A stretch of 63,496 bases of DNA, taken from Candidatus Hadarchaeota archaeon (lineage in GTDB: Archaea; Hadarchaeota; Hadarchaeia; Hadarchaeales; Hadarchaeaceae). Within the stretch, counting starts at the first letter, position 1, and each line of letters opens with the position of its first letter. Where the stretch lies: contig CAYMXQ010000002.1 of assembly GCA_964394495.1 (NCBI GenBank), forward strand, positions 1 through 63,496. Direction: 5' to 3'. Position numbers and translations under genes: made by a program. Below the pieces are notes generated by a model. The model was not told where the DNA came from. It made no database searches and saw nothing but the letters and a program-made list of their open reading frames with translations. Shown here in pieces: positions 44,311-54,490 of the stretch.

Positions 44311-45696
44311 TTGACCGATGTGCTGATTATCGGAGCTGGCCCTGCGGGGCTCTTCGCAGCTCATGAAATATCAAAAAAATCCAATCTCTCGGTGGCTGTC
44401 GTCGACTGGGGGCGGGAGATCGAGAAACGTTCCTGCCCAGCCTTCAAAACTGGTGTGTGTATAGGATGTAAACCCTGCCACATCATGTGCGGACTCGGCG
44501 GTGCCGGTGGGATGTCCAGCGGCATATTAAATCTCAGGCACGACATCGGCGGCGACCTCAGCAAGCTCACCAAAAGCGTCCAGAAGGCAGAGGCTCTGGT
44601 CGAGGAAGTTGATGACATTTTTGTGGAGCACGGTGCCCCGAAGAAGGTCTACGGCGGGAGTTCAAAGGGGATTGAGGAACTCAAGCGAAAGGCGGCTGCA
44701 GCCGGCGTAAAGTTCATTCCGATTACTCAGCGACATATAGGGAGCGAATACCTGCCAGGGGTCATCAACTCGTTCAAGCGCAAGCTCGAGAAACAGGGCG
44801 TGAAATTCTTGCTCAACTCCCGAGTAGAACGTATAGGCAAAAATGAAGTCACGATCAAAGGTAGGGCGATTGGTGCAAAATACATCTTGGCCGCCCCAGG
44901 AAGGGTGAGCGCCGACTGGTTCGCTGAACAGGCTCGGCAACTGGGGGTGAATCTGACCCATGGCCCAATTGACATAGGTGTCCGCGTGGAGGTGCCAGCC
45001 TCAGTCTACGAACCGTTAGTCAGGGTGAACAGGGACCCGAAGTTCCACATCCGAACTAAAACATTCAATGATTTTGTAAGAACTTTCTGCACAAATGCTA
45101 GGGGCTGGGTAATGGAGGAGCGTTACGACACTCACGTGGGCGTGAACGGACAGTCGCTTCGCGGTAAAAAATCCCCAAACACCAACTTCGCCCTTCTCGT
45201 ACACATTGAGTTGACCCAACCAGTTACAGACACCACTGCATACGGTCGGTCGATCGCTTACTTGGCCACCACGATTGGCGGTGGGCGTCCCGTGCTCCAG
45301 CGCTTGGGAGACCTACGTGCTGGGCGGCGTTCAACAGTGGAGCGCGTGAGGCAGGGGCGCGTCGTCCCGACCCTAAAGAGCGTCACTCCTGGGGACGTTT
45401 CGATGGCCCTTCCTGGCAGGGTCGTGATAGACATATTGGACGGGCTCGAGCGTCTGGACAGGGTGGCACCGGGCGTCGCTTCCGATTCGACCCTCCTCTA
45501 CGCCCCGGAGGTGAAGTTCTACGCCATGCAGATAAACGTTGATCGGAACATGGAGACGAACGTACCGAATCTATTCGTCGCAGGGGATGGCGCAGGGTTG
45601 TCACGGGGCATAGTCACCTCGGCCGCCACTGGGCTGCTGGCCGCCCGAGGAATTCTAGAAAAAGCAGGGAAAATGCGGTGCCCGAACGACCGTTAA
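44311..45696 (+). CDS. FAD-dependent oxidoreductase (COG2509-like)
   Basis: 461 aa. N-terminal IIGAGPAGLFAA and C-terminal FVAGDGAG. Confidence 0.75.
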   Translation: MTDVLIIGAGPAGLFAAHEISKKSNLSVAVVDWGREIEKRSCPAFKTGVCIGCKPCHIMCGLGGAGGMSSGILNLRHDIGGDLSKLTKSVQKAEALVEEVDDIFVEHGAPKKVYGGSSKGIEELKRKAAAAGVKFIPITQRHIGSEYLPGVINSFKRKLEKQGVKFLLNSRVERIGKNEVTIKGRAIGAKYILAAPGRVSADWFAEQARQLGVNLTHGPIDIGVRVEVPASVYEPLVRVNRDPKFHIRTKTFNDFVRTFCTNARGWVMEERYDTHVGVNGQSLRGKKSPNTNFALLVHIELTQPVTDTTAYGRSIAYLATTIGGGRPVLQRLGDLRAGRRSTVERVRQGRVVPTLKSVTPGDVSMALPGRVVIDILDGLERLDRVAPGVASDSTLLYAPEVKFYAMQINVDRNMETNVPNLFVAGDGAGLSRGIVTSAATGLLAARGILEKAGKMRCPNDR

Positions 45697-47873
45697 ACGA
45701 GAGATGTCTCGATCGAGTAGATCCTAGCGTGCAGTTTTCCATCGAGTTTGTATAACTTCGCAGTCGCCCTGAACCTGCTTCCCTTCTTCAGCAACTGCCT
45801 GGGCCCGTCGTATTCCTCCGGAACCATCACAGCGTGCCATTTCCCATCAACAGACAGAATCGCTCTTCCCTGGAGAACCTTCTCCACCTCAAACGTGTAG
45901 ACATCTTGGGGCCTAAGCTTCGCGACCTCAGCCCCCACCGGGAAGATTTTATCTCCAGTCACTTCGATCTGGGCTTCCTCTTTTAGTTTTTTGATTGCCA
46001 CTTTTGTGACTGCTTTGTCCAAGCCAGCCTTCTTGAACTCGCCACTCAGCTCGTCGATGGAGATCCCGTCCCGACCGACCTCCAGAACCCGATAAAGAAG
46101 GCGTTTGGCCGCCTCTCTGACTTCTCCATTGAACTTTTCCAGTCGCTCCTCCTCGGTATCCCCAACATCCGGCATTGCCAGATCTTCATCAGCAGTAATG
46201 GCGGGGTGGAGCTCAGGTTTATACTTCTCAGCCTCTGCGATGACCTCAGGTGAAATAGGGTTTTTTTCGAGTTCAGCAACGGGTCGGATGATTGGTTGGA
46301 GCTCCGTGTTCAAGCGTTTCATTATCGACTTCATCCTCTCCGCCATCCGCCTGCTTGCATGGAGGTAGCCGACATCGAGCGTATCCTCGGCAGCTAGGAT
46401 GATCGCCTTACCGAATTTCCTCCTCCCGGTCCTGCCCTTCCGCTGTATGTACCTTATCTCACTCGGGACTGGCTCGTAGAAGACCACCAATTCCACGCTC
46501 GGTATGTCCAGGCCTTCCTCACCTATGCTCGTGGCCACCAATACCCTCAGGTCTCCACTTCTGAACTTGTCCAGTATCTCAGCCTGTTGCTCCTGGCTGA
46601 GCCCAGAGTCCTTTTCCTTATCAGCCTGACCCACAAATCTCGCCGCAGCCACCCCTTGCTCAGACAGCTTTGAAACAAGGTAGGAGGAGGTGTCCCTGTA
46701 CTGAGTAAACACGATTACCTTGGAGGAAGGCTCAGCCGAGAGCTGGTCGAGAACGATGCGTTGTAGGACGGGTATTTTTGGGTGGTCCTCAAGCGAGCCA
46801 GAACTGAGCGCGTCATAAACACCCTTGGAAGTGAACTCGGAAAAGATCCCCTTGTGGCTCCTTTTCTGGCTCTCCGCGACCCGCCCCAGAAAACACCTGA
46901 GCGTGTGTACTCCTTGGCTTTCGAGCAGTTCGAGCGCGTGATAGAGGGTCAACGCCGAGGACAGGTGGCCCAAGAAACCGTACAGCGGCCCTCTCGCCTT
47001 CAGATGGGTACTCCCGATCCTATGCCTTAACTCGTCACTGGCCTTCAGCAGGTCTGTCCTGAAGATGTACTGAGGTGGTTTTTTGATCACACCCATAGAG
47101 GACAACTTTCGAAGCCTCTCATCCAGCATTTCTTTTATGGTACCCCTGATGGTCTGATAAGATTCAGGTAATTTCACGAACTTCCACTCGACCGCGACTG
47201 GGCTCACATACGGTTCCACGTCAGGGTCCTCTTCCGTCCTGGCCTCGACGTGCTCGATGTAAAGTGCGTCGCATATCTCCTTGATTTTTTTCTTGTCCGC
47301 CCCCGGGCTGGCGGTCAAGCCCAAGATTATGGGGTGGGGCGATTCGTCCACGTAAGCCTTTGCAACGCGCGTGTATGCGTAGTTCTTTTTGGCCCTGTGG
47401 CACTCGTCGAAGACAAGCAGGCTGAAATCCCTCAGGCTCATCCCGAGCTCGTGATCGTTGTTGACCACCTGGGGCGTGGCGAAGTAAATGCGAGCCTGAC
47501 CGTTCCAAGCGCGCTGCCTGTAGTTGGGAGGATACTTTCCGGTCAGCACCTGAACATCCTGGGGGCGAAGCTTCAGGAGCCGCAGGAAAGTGTCCCTGTG
47601 CTGCAGAACCAGCGGCCGGGTCGGGGCCATCACCAGGACTTTCTTGTCGCCGTAGTTGTAGAGGAAGTGCGATGCAGCCAAGGCAGCTATGACCGTCTTG
47701 CCGAGGGCGGTGGGTAGTACGATGAGGGTATTTCTCTTCGTCACCTTTTCAGCCAAATCTGATTGGTAGGCCCTCTCCTCAAGGGACTCTGCTCTTATCA
47801 TGGGGTTGGTTATCATTTCCAGCCATGCCTCCAAATCATCCAAAATCTGTTCGCGGCGGTAAAAAGTAATCAC
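45693..47873 (-). CDS. Hef/FANCM-family SF2 helicase without ERCC4 nuclease domain
   Basis: 726 aa. Motifs YQ..LPTALGKT, FDECH, TASPG, QRKGRTGR. The C-terminus is a winged-helix-like segment plus an approximately 80-aa beta-rich domain instead of ERCC4-HhH2. Confidence 0.8.
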   Translation of the reverse strand: MITFYRREQILDDLEAWLEMITNPMIRAESLEERAYQSDLAEKVTKRNTLIVLPTALGKTVIAALAASHFLYNYGDKKVLVMAPTRPLVLQHRDTFLRLLKLRPQDVQVLTGKYPPNYRQRAWNGQARIYFATPQVVNNDHELGMSLRDFSLLVFDECHRAKKNYAYTRVAKAYVDESPHPIILGLTASPGADKKKIKEICDALYIEHVEARTEEDPDVEPYVSPVAVEWKFVKLPESYQTIRGTIKEMLDERLRKLSSMGVIKKPPQYIFRTDLLKASDELRHRIGSTHLKARGPLYGFLGHLSSALTLYHALELLESQGVHTLRCFLGRVAESQKRSHKGIFSEFTSKGVYDALSSGSLEDHPKIPVLQRIVLDQLSAEPSSKVIVFTQYRDTSSYLVSKLSEQGVAAARFVGQADKEKDSGLSQEQQAEILDKFRSGDLRVLVATSIGEEGLDIPSVELVVFYEPVPSEIRYIQRKGRTGRRKFGKAIILAAEDTLDVGYLHASRRMAERMKSIMKRLNTELQPIIRPVAELEKNPISPEVIAEAEKYKPELHPAITADEDLAMPDVGDTEEERLEKFNGEVREAAKRLLYRVLEVGRDGISIDELSGEFKKAGLDKAVTKVAIKKLKEEAQIEVTGDKIFPVGAEVAKLRPQDVYTFEVEKVLQGRAILSVDGKWHAVMVPEEYDGPRQLLKKGSRFRATAKLYKLDGKLHARIYSIETSLV

Positions 47874-47948
47874 TCATCAGCAAAAATGTGTGCACGGTAA
47901 AATCCTTATTTTAGAGAAGAAGCCATAGTTTTCGGAGGAGACTGAGTT

Positions 47949-48689
47949 GTGGGTGCCGCTATGGTGAAAAACCTGAAGCCCATTTACGAGCCGAAGAGCG
48001 GCAGAAAAATGAGGATCGTCGCGCTGTTTTCCGGGGGCGCCAGCGCCGTTACCTTCATGGTCGGAGGAAAGGGGTACGAGGTCGTCGGCGCCGTCTCCAG
48101 CAACAAGAACGCATCCGGTATAGAGAATGTCGGCAAGTTAGGCATACCGGTCGAAGTTGCAGATATCCGCGACTTCTACGGGGATAAACCGATCAAAGAC
48201 ATGAAGATTAGAGAGGCCTACGACGAAAAGCTACTATCCGTCATGGAAGGGAAGAAGTGGAAACCAGACATAATCGCGTGCTCCGGGTACATGTACGTCC
48301 TGACCAAGCGGTTCTTAGGCAGGTTCCCGAACAGGGTCCTGAACGTGCACCCGGCCGACCTGTCGGTGTTGGAAAATGGAATGAGAAAATACGTCGGAGC
48401 GGATGTAGTCAGGGACCAGATAGAGGCCGGAGAGAAGGTCACGAAGTCGACAATACACATAATGGTAGGCGAAGTTGACTGCGGCCCGATTCTATACATA
48501 TCCAAAGGTTTGCCTGTTGAGGGTAGAGACCCGAAAGAACAGCAGGAGCGGATGAAGGAGAGGTGCGATGGTCCCGCCTACAGGGAGGCCTTGGACATGC
48601 TTTCTAAGGGAATGCTTGCCATTGACGCCGACAATAATATCTACGTCAAACGCGGAGATGGGTGGGAAGTCCAGAGTTGGAGGGGTTGA
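47949..48689 (+). CDS. purN: Phosphoribosylglycinamide formyltransferase-like (PurN family)
   Basis: 246 aa. IVALFSGGAS, NVHPADLS, STIHIMVGEVDCGPIL. Confidence 0.8.
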   Translation: MGAAMVKNLKPIYEPKSGRKMRIVALFSGGASAVTFMVGGKGYEVVGAVSSNKNASGIENVGKLGIPVEVADIRDFYGDKPIKDMKIREAYDEKLLSVMEGKKWKPDIIACSGYMYVLTKRFLGRFPNRVLNVHPADLSVLENGMRKYVGADVVRDQIEAGEKVTKSTIHIMVGEVDCGPILYISKGLPVEGRDPKEQQERMKERCDGPAYREALDMLSKGMLAIDADNNIYVKRGDGWEVQSWRG

Positions 48690-48690
48690 A

Positions 48691-50076
48691 TTGGCGGTTG
48701 GGGTTTTGGTGGTGAGCTATGGGAGCAGGTGCGCTTGTATTGTGGATTCACTTTCAAGGAGCGACCACAAGGTCAAGCTCTTCATAGCGGACAAGCAGAG
48801 GAACCCGTTCAACGTGAAAAAGGCCGAGGAGACCAGAGGTAAGCACGTCGTGGTTTCAGATTTAAATGTGGATGATATCACCAAATTTGCGAAGATGCAT
48901 GAAAAAGAGATAGAATTCGGGGTGGTCGGTCCTGAGGCCCCCGCCATGAACGGGGTAAGAGACAGTATCGAAAAAGAGACGAAAATAAAGATGGTCTGCC
49001 CGACATCCGAGTACTTCATCGAGAGGAGCAAGGTCGAGCAGAGGATACTGATAGATAAAGTAGTCCCAAAGGCCAACCCGAGATTCAAAGTCTTCAACCC
49101 ACGCGACTATGGCGGAAGTGGCGGGGTCAAAAAAGACGTCTACACGTGGCTGGACGAGATTGGAAACGAAGTGGCTGTAAAACCTGACGCGCCGGCGACG
49201 GGAAAAGGAGTTGGCGTCTGGGGAGACCATTTCACATCTAGAGAAAGCATGTTTGAGAATTATTTCCTCCCGAATTTTAAGAATGGAGCCGTAATAGTCG
49301 AAGAAAAGGTGGAGGGTGAGGAGTTTTCTCTACAGTTCGTTTCCGATGGAGAGCATTTGGTCCCCACACCAGCCGTCAGGGACTACAAGAGAGCTTTCGA
49401 CTGGGACCTAGGCCCGAACACCGGAGGGATGGGCTCGTACAAGGACAGAGGGGATTTGCTTCCGTTCATGAGGAAAAGCGACTGGACGGATTCGCTGGAG
49501 ATAGGGGCGAAGGTCCACGAGAGGCTGAAGAAGGCCAAAAAGAACACGGAAGTGAGGGGAATTCTGTACATGGCATACATAGTCACAAAGGATGGTGTGA
49601 AGGTTTTAGAGATAAACAGCAGATGGGGCGATCCGGAAGTTATGAACGTCTTGCCAGTCTTGAAAGATGATTTCGTGGACGTTTGCCACAAAATTTTGGA
49701 TGGTAATCTGAGAAAACTGGATTTTGAGGACAAGGCCACGGTTGTGACTTACGCGGTTCCCCTGGATTACGGTGGATACGCAAGTTTCTCCGGTCCCAAA
49801 AAAGTGGATCTGAGCAGAGCCGAAAAGCTGAAGGAGAAGTACGGGGATGACCTGAGGATCTACCCGGGCGCCATGGAGCTGAGGGATGGGGAGACACAAG
49901 CTCTAAAGTCTAGGGTCGTGGCGGTGGTGGGTATATCGAGAACTTTGGAAGGCGCCAGGGAGATATCCATGGATGGGATCAGGAAAATCGATGGTCCGCT
50001 CAGGCACAGGAAGGACGTGGCCCTCCCAGAGTACATAGAGAGAAGCAAAAAACACATGAAGGGACTCTCGGCATGA
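48691..50076 (+). CDS. purD: Phosphoribosylamine-glycine ligase
   Basis: ATP-grasp protein collinear with PurD (GPNTGGMGSY, LEINSRWGDPE). TTG start chosen right after the purN stop; the ORF track's longer form overlaps purN. Confidence 0.85.
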   Translation: MAVGVLVVSYGSRCACIVDSLSRSDHKVKLFIADKQRNPFNVKKAEETRGKHVVVSDLNVDDITKFAKMHEKEIEFGVVGPEAPAMNGVRDSIEKETKIKMVCPTSEYFIERSKVEQRILIDKVVPKANPRFKVFNPRDYGGSGGVKKDVYTWLDEIGNEVAVKPDAPATGKGVGVWGDHFTSRESMFENYFLPNFKNGAVIVEEKVEGEEFSLQFVSDGEHLVPTPAVRDYKRAFDWDLGPNTGGMGSYKDRGDLLPFMRKSDWTDSLEIGAKVHERLKKAKKNTEVRGILYMAYIVTKDGVKVLEINSRWGDPEVMNVLPVLKDDFVDVCHKILDGNLRKLDFEDKATVVTYAVPLDYGGYASFSGPKKVDLSRAEKLKEKYGDDLRIYPGAMELRDGETQALKSRVVAVVGISRTLEGAREISMDGIRKIDGPLRHRKDVALPEYIERSKKHMKGLSA

Positions 50077-50153
50077 AAACAGCAACTTGGGTAAGAAAAT
50101 TTCACAATAATCTTCTTAAAGGAACCCACAAGAATTAAACCGAGGCTGGTCAG

Positions 50154-51557
50154 ATGGGCGGGATTTTTGGTTTAGTGTCGAAGAAGGATTGCGCGGAAGA
50201 TTTGTTTTACGGCACTGACTACCTCTCCCACCTTGGCACTGAATATGGTGGCCTCGTGGTCTTCGGTGAAAAGATAGTGAGAAAAATCCATACCCTGAGT
50301 CAGACCCAGTTCAAGTCAAAGTTCTATGAGGATAACAAGAACATGCACGGCAACAGTGGGGTGGGCGTGATAAGCCCAAATGAGATACAGCCAATATGTT
50401 TAGATTCAAAATTTGGCCCGTTCTGCGTATGTATGACTGGCTTGATAAAAAACGCCGATGAGCTGGTTGAGGAATTGTCCAAAAAAGGCGTTTCGTTCAG
50501 CGAGATATCAGAAAAGGGCGTTAACTCTGTCGAAGTTGTTGCCAAGCTCATCGCCGAGGGGAAGAACATAGTGGACGGGGTCAATCACATGTTCAGCAAG
50601 ATCAAGGGGTCATGCTCCCTCCTAGTTCTCAACAAGGACGGCGTATATGCTGCCAGGGACAAGTTCGGATACAGCGCCTTGGTTGTAGGGCAGAAGAAGG
50701 ATTCCTGGGCGGCCACATCCGAGAGCTCCTCTTTTTTCAATCTGGGCTTTGAAATCAAGAAATACCTTTTACCTGGTGAAATAGTGCTGCTCACACAATC
50801 TGGTATGTCCGCAAAGCAAAATGGCACGAACGTAGGCGAAATAAACGCCTTTTTATGGATCTATACGGGTTTCCCAACTTCTTCCTATGAGGGGGTAACC
50901 GTGGAGGTAGTGAGGGAGAGGTGCGGGAGATATCTGGCGAAGAACGACAACGTCAAGGTAGATCTGGTCGCTGGCGTACCGGATTCAGGCACTACTCATG
51001 CCATCGGGTATTCGCTGGAATCGAGAATCCCATTCAGGAGGCCGCTGATTAAATATACTCCGGGATATGACAGGAGCTACACGCCGCCATCCCAAGAGAC
51101 CAGAGAGCTGATCGCGAGGATGAAACTGATTCCAGTCAAAGAAATTATCGAAGGACAAAGAATCATACTCTGTGACGATTCCATAGTGAGGGGTACCCAG
51201 TTAAGAAATATCACACAAAAATTGTGGGATAATGGAGCGAAAGAAGTCCACTTGCGCATAGCATGTCCACCGTTATTATTCCCGAGCGCGTTCGATTATT
51301 CGACGAGGACGATGGAGGAGCTGGCAGCCCGCCGTGCAATCAGGGTTATCGAAGGGAGAAACGTGAAAGACGTGAGCGAGTATCTAAACCCGGATTCGGG
51401 GAAGTACAAGAAAATGGTGGACCACATAGCCAAAGAGTTGGGCGTCACCTCTTTGAGGTATCAACGTTTGGATGACATGGTGAAGGCAATAGGACTCCCC
51501 AGAGAGCGCCTAAACTTATACGTGTGGACAGGTGAAGCAATAGCCCCTGTCAAGTGA
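50154..51557 (+). CDS. purF: Amidophosphoribosyltransferase homolog with degenerate glutaminase domain
   Basis: 467 aa. PRT motif IILCDDSIVRGTQ is intact. The N-terminus is MGGIFG instead of MCG(I/V), and other Ntn-glutaminase motifs are substituted (HRGQE -> HLGTE, HNGN -> MTGL). Confidence 0.8.
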   Translation: MGGIFGLVSKKDCAEDLFYGTDYLSHLGTEYGGLVVFGEKIVRKIHTLSQTQFKSKFYEDNKNMHGNSGVGVISPNEIQPICLDSKFGPFCVCMTGLIKNADELVEELSKKGVSFSEISEKGVNSVEVVAKLIAEGKNIVDGVNHMFSKIKGSCSLLVLNKDGVYAARDKFGYSALVVGQKKDSWAATSESSSFFNLGFEIKKYLLPGEIVLLTQSGMSAKQNGTNVGEINAFLWIYTGFPTSSYEGVTVEVVRERCGRYLAKNDNVKVDLVAGVPDSGTTHAIGYSLESRIPFRRPLIKYTPGYDRSYTPPSQETRELIARMKLIPVKEIIEGQRIILCDDSIVRGTQLRNITQKLWDNGAKEVHLRIACPPLLFPSAFDYSTRTMEELAARRAIRVIEGRNVKDVSEYLNPDSGKYKKMVDHIAKELGVTSLRYQRLDDMVKAIGLPRERLNLYVWTGEAIAPVK

Positions 51558-51574
51558 GATAATCTCAAATCGGA

Positions 51575-52060
51575 TTACTTTCGAGGACTGAGCACCTGGT
51601 CGTCTGCTTTCACTTTCTCTTTTATCCTGCCCTGGTACGCAGCGATTTTCTTGGAGAGTTCCTTGTCGCCCAATGAGAGTATCTTCACCGCCGCCAGGGC
51701 AGCCGCCTCGGGCTCCAAGACCACAAGCGGGGCCACGCCGCTAGGCATGCGTAGAGACGAATAGATGTCCACGCTCCAGAATTTCTCGGGGCGAGGAGGA
51801 CATGCGATCACAGGGTATTTCGTGTTAGCGTCGACCATCCCAGATAGGGCGTTCGACCTGCCAGCTATCGTTATGTAGACCACTTCGCCACCTTTTTTCT
51901 CGTATCCCTTCAATATCTCGAGCACTTCCTCTGGTGTCTTGTGGGCGGAAGCGATCCGTTGGTCAAAATCTACTCCAAACTCTTTCAGCACCCGCCTAAT
52001 TGGCTCGGCAAAGTCGGTGTCCGACTTGGAGCCGAACAGTATCACGATTTTTCTCGTCAT
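51575..52060 (-). CDS. purE: AIR carboxylase / N5-CAIR mutase family, class II-like PurE
   Basis: 161 aa. FGSKSD and AGRSNALSG motifs. No purK in the cluster. Confidence 0.88.
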   Translation of the reverse strand: MTRKIVILFGSKSDTDFAEPIRRVLKEFGVDFDQRIASAHKTPEEVLEILKGYEKKGGEVVYITIAGRSNALSGMVDANTKYPVIACPPRPEKFWSVDIYSSLRMPSGVAPLVVLEPEAAALAAVKILSLGDKELSKKIAAYQGRIKEKVKADDQVLSPRK

Positions 52061-52153
52061 CCGTTGATATTCTCTTAGGGCGAGATTTATACGTTCCTCA
52101 CCACCCGCCGCTAAAGTTTAAAGCGGCTGGGGGAAAGTTGTGTCGGTGGTGAC

Positions 52154-53611
52154 ATGGCAGAAGGAAAATTTGGTCACGATACTTTCCTCTCCCCATTCAC
52201 CTGGCGTTACGGTAGTCCAGAGATGAGGAAGATATTCTCGGACGTGGATTGCCGGACGGCGTGGAGGAAAATCTGGCTGGCCCTCGCCGAAGCTCAGGCG
52301 GAGTACGGCATCGTTACCAAAAAGGAGTTAGCGGACCTAAAGTCAAAGGCTGGTCCGGAGCACATCAACATCAAACGTGCGCACGAGATCGAACGCGAGA
52401 TAAGGCACGACCTGATGGCGGAGATCAAGACATACGCGGAGCAGTGTCCAGTCGGCGGAGGAAAGATCCACCTGGGCGCGACGTCCATGGACATCGAGGA
52501 CAACGCCGATGCACTGCGGAAGAAAGCCGCGCTCGACATCCTGCTCACGAGGCTGGTAAACTGCTTGGAATCGCTCTCTGAGAAAATCATGAAATATAAA
52601 GATACGCCCTGCATCGGCTGGACGCACTTACAGCCGGCTGAGCCCACGACGCTCGGTTACAGGCTGGCCGGTTACGCACAAGATCTGGTGCTTGACGTCC
52701 GCGCGGTCGAGGTCCTGCTCCAGGATTTCGTCAGGGGGAAGGGGATAAAGGGCGCGGTCGGCACGTCGGCCAGCTTTCAAAAGCTGCTAAAGGGCAAGGG
52801 CAAGCCGCGCGACTTGGAGCGACTGGTGATGCAAAAGCTCGGTCTTGAGGCGTTCCAGATATCGACCCAGACGTATCCCCGGAAGCTGGATTACCTTGTA
52901 ATAAGCGTCCTGGCGAGCATATCACAGAGTTCGCACAAGTTCGGGGTCGACCTGAGGCACATGCAATCTCCGGCTTACGGGGAGCTGTCCGAGCCGATTA
53001 AGGGAGGACAGGTCGGTTCGTCTGCGATGCCGTTCAAGAGGAATCCGGTGAGCGCCGAACGTATGTGCTCACTGGCGAGGTACGTGGCAGCACTGCCGTG
53101 GGTGATGTGGGAGAATGCGGCTCATATGGTCCTAGAGCGGACACTGGACGACTCTGCGAATAGGAGGATTGCGATAGCCGAGAGCTTCTTGGCCGTGGAC
53201 GAGTGCCTGATCATATACGAGTGGATCGCGCGCGGCATGATGGTTTATCCAGTGATGATGAGGAAGAATCTCGAAAGATACGCGCCGTTCGCGGCCACCG
53301 AGGCGGTCCTCATGAAGCTTGTCGAGCGTGGCGGTGACAGGCAGAAGATGCACGAGAAGCTTCGGGATCTATCGTTCAAGGCATGGGAGAAGGTCATGGC
53401 CGGCGAGGAGAACCCGTTGTCCAAACTCATTAAGGATGACAGGACCATAAGCTCCAAGTTGAGCGCGAAGGAGATAGACGAGCTGCTCAAGGTGGAGGGG
53501 CATTTGGGCGATGCGAGCGAGCGATGCGAGGATTTTGTGAAAACCACCGTCAAACCAATTCTATCGAGATACAAGGACAAGCTTGGGAAGAGGCGGGACG
53601 TCGAGTTCTAG
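52154..53611 (+). CDS. purB: Adenylosuccinate lyase
   Basis: 485 aa with the fumarate-lyase signature GSSAMPFKRNP. Confidence 0.92.
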   Translation: MAEGKFGHDTFLSPFTWRYGSPEMRKIFSDVDCRTAWRKIWLALAEAQAEYGIVTKKELADLKSKAGPEHINIKRAHEIEREIRHDLMAEIKTYAEQCPVGGGKIHLGATSMDIEDNADALRKKAALDILLTRLVNCLESLSEKIMKYKDTPCIGWTHLQPAEPTTLGYRLAGYAQDLVLDVRAVEVLLQDFVRGKGIKGAVGTSASFQKLLKGKGKPRDLERLVMQKLGLEAFQISTQTYPRKLDYLVISVLASISQSSHKFGVDLRHMQSPAYGELSEPIKGGQVGSSAMPFKRNPVSAERMCSLARYVAALPWVMWENAAHMVLERTLDDSANRRIAIAESFLAVDECLIIYEWIARGMMVYPVMMRKNLERYAPFAATEAVLMKLVERGGDRQKMHEKLRDLSFKAWEKVMAGEENPLSKLIKDDRTISSKLSAKEIDELLKVEGHLGDASERCEDFVKTTVKPILSRYKDKLGKRRDVEF

Positions 53612-53614
53612 CTG

Positions 53615-54490
53615 GTGGTCGCTTTGGCGGTGATCATGGATGGAAAAGCGCTTGCTGAAGACTTCAAACGTGACATCGCCGCACGCGTAAAGACGATGAA
53701 GGGGCGAGGGATAACGCCGACTCTCGCGACAATTTTGGTGGGGGACGACCCTTCATCCAAAACATATGTTGGCGGGAAGGAGAGGGATTGTAAGGAGGTA
53801 GGCATCGAGTTCAGGTTACACAAGCTCCCATCTAGTGTCCCCGAGCACGAGCTGCTGGGATTGATTGGAGTGCTGAACGCAGACGATGAGATTCATGGAA
53901 TAATCGTGCAGATGCCGGTCCCAAAGCATCTGGACAAGAAAAAAGTGTCCGCCAGTATAATCCCAAAAAAAGACGTGGATGGGCTACACCCCTACAACGT
54001 CGGAAAGCTCTGGCTTGGCGCGTATGACTTCGAGCACGACCTCTTGCCCTGTACGCCCAAGGGAATAGTGAAACTTCTGGATCGTTACAAAGTAGCGCTT
54101 GAAGGTAAACTGGCAGTGATAATAAACCGGAGCGACCTCGTGGGCAAACCACTTGCTAAACTGTTTCTGGATAGGAACGCGACGGTCCTCGTATGCCATT
54201 CCAAGACGCCAAATCTGAAAAAGCACACGAGCGCCGCAGATGTACTGGTCAGCGCTGTTGGCAAGCGTCCGAGTTTTGTCGTTGATGAGGAAATGGTCAA
54301 AGAAGGAGCGGTCGTCATCGATGTCGGCATGAATCACATCGGTGGTAAGCTGCAGGGTGACGTCGATTTCGAGCAGGTTAAAGAAAAGGCGTCTCACATC
54401 ACACCCGTGCCCGGCGGTGTCGGCCCGATGACGCGCGCAATGTTGCTGGCAAATGTTCTGATAGCCACAAAGCTTGCGGAAGGAGCATAG
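53615..54490 (+). CDS. folD: Bifunctional methylene-THF dehydrogenase/methenyl-THF cyclohydrolase
   Basis: 291 aa. Motifs DGKALA, ILVGDDPSS, NRSDLVGKPLA, PVPGGVGPMT. Confidence 0.92.
   Translation: MVALAVIMDGKALAEDFKRDIAARVKTMKGRGITPTLATILVGDDPSSKTYVGGKERDCKEVGIEFRLHKLPSSVPEHELLGLIGVLNADDEIHGIIVQMPVPKHLDKKKVSASIIPKKDVDGLHPYNVGKLWLGAYDFEHDLLPCTPKGIVKLLDRYKVALEGKLAVIINRSDLVGKPLAKLFLDRNATVLVCHSKTPNLKKHTSAADVLVSAVGKRPSFVVDEEMVKEGAVVIDVGMNHIGGKLQGDVDFEQVKEKASHITPVPGGVGPMTRAMLLANVLIATKLAEGA

Noticed and set aside
48568-48690. Long purD form overlapping purN by 122 nt.
   Set aside because: The overlapping part has no PurD similarity. A TTG immediately after the purN stop gives the expected N-terminus (VGVLVVSYGSR...).
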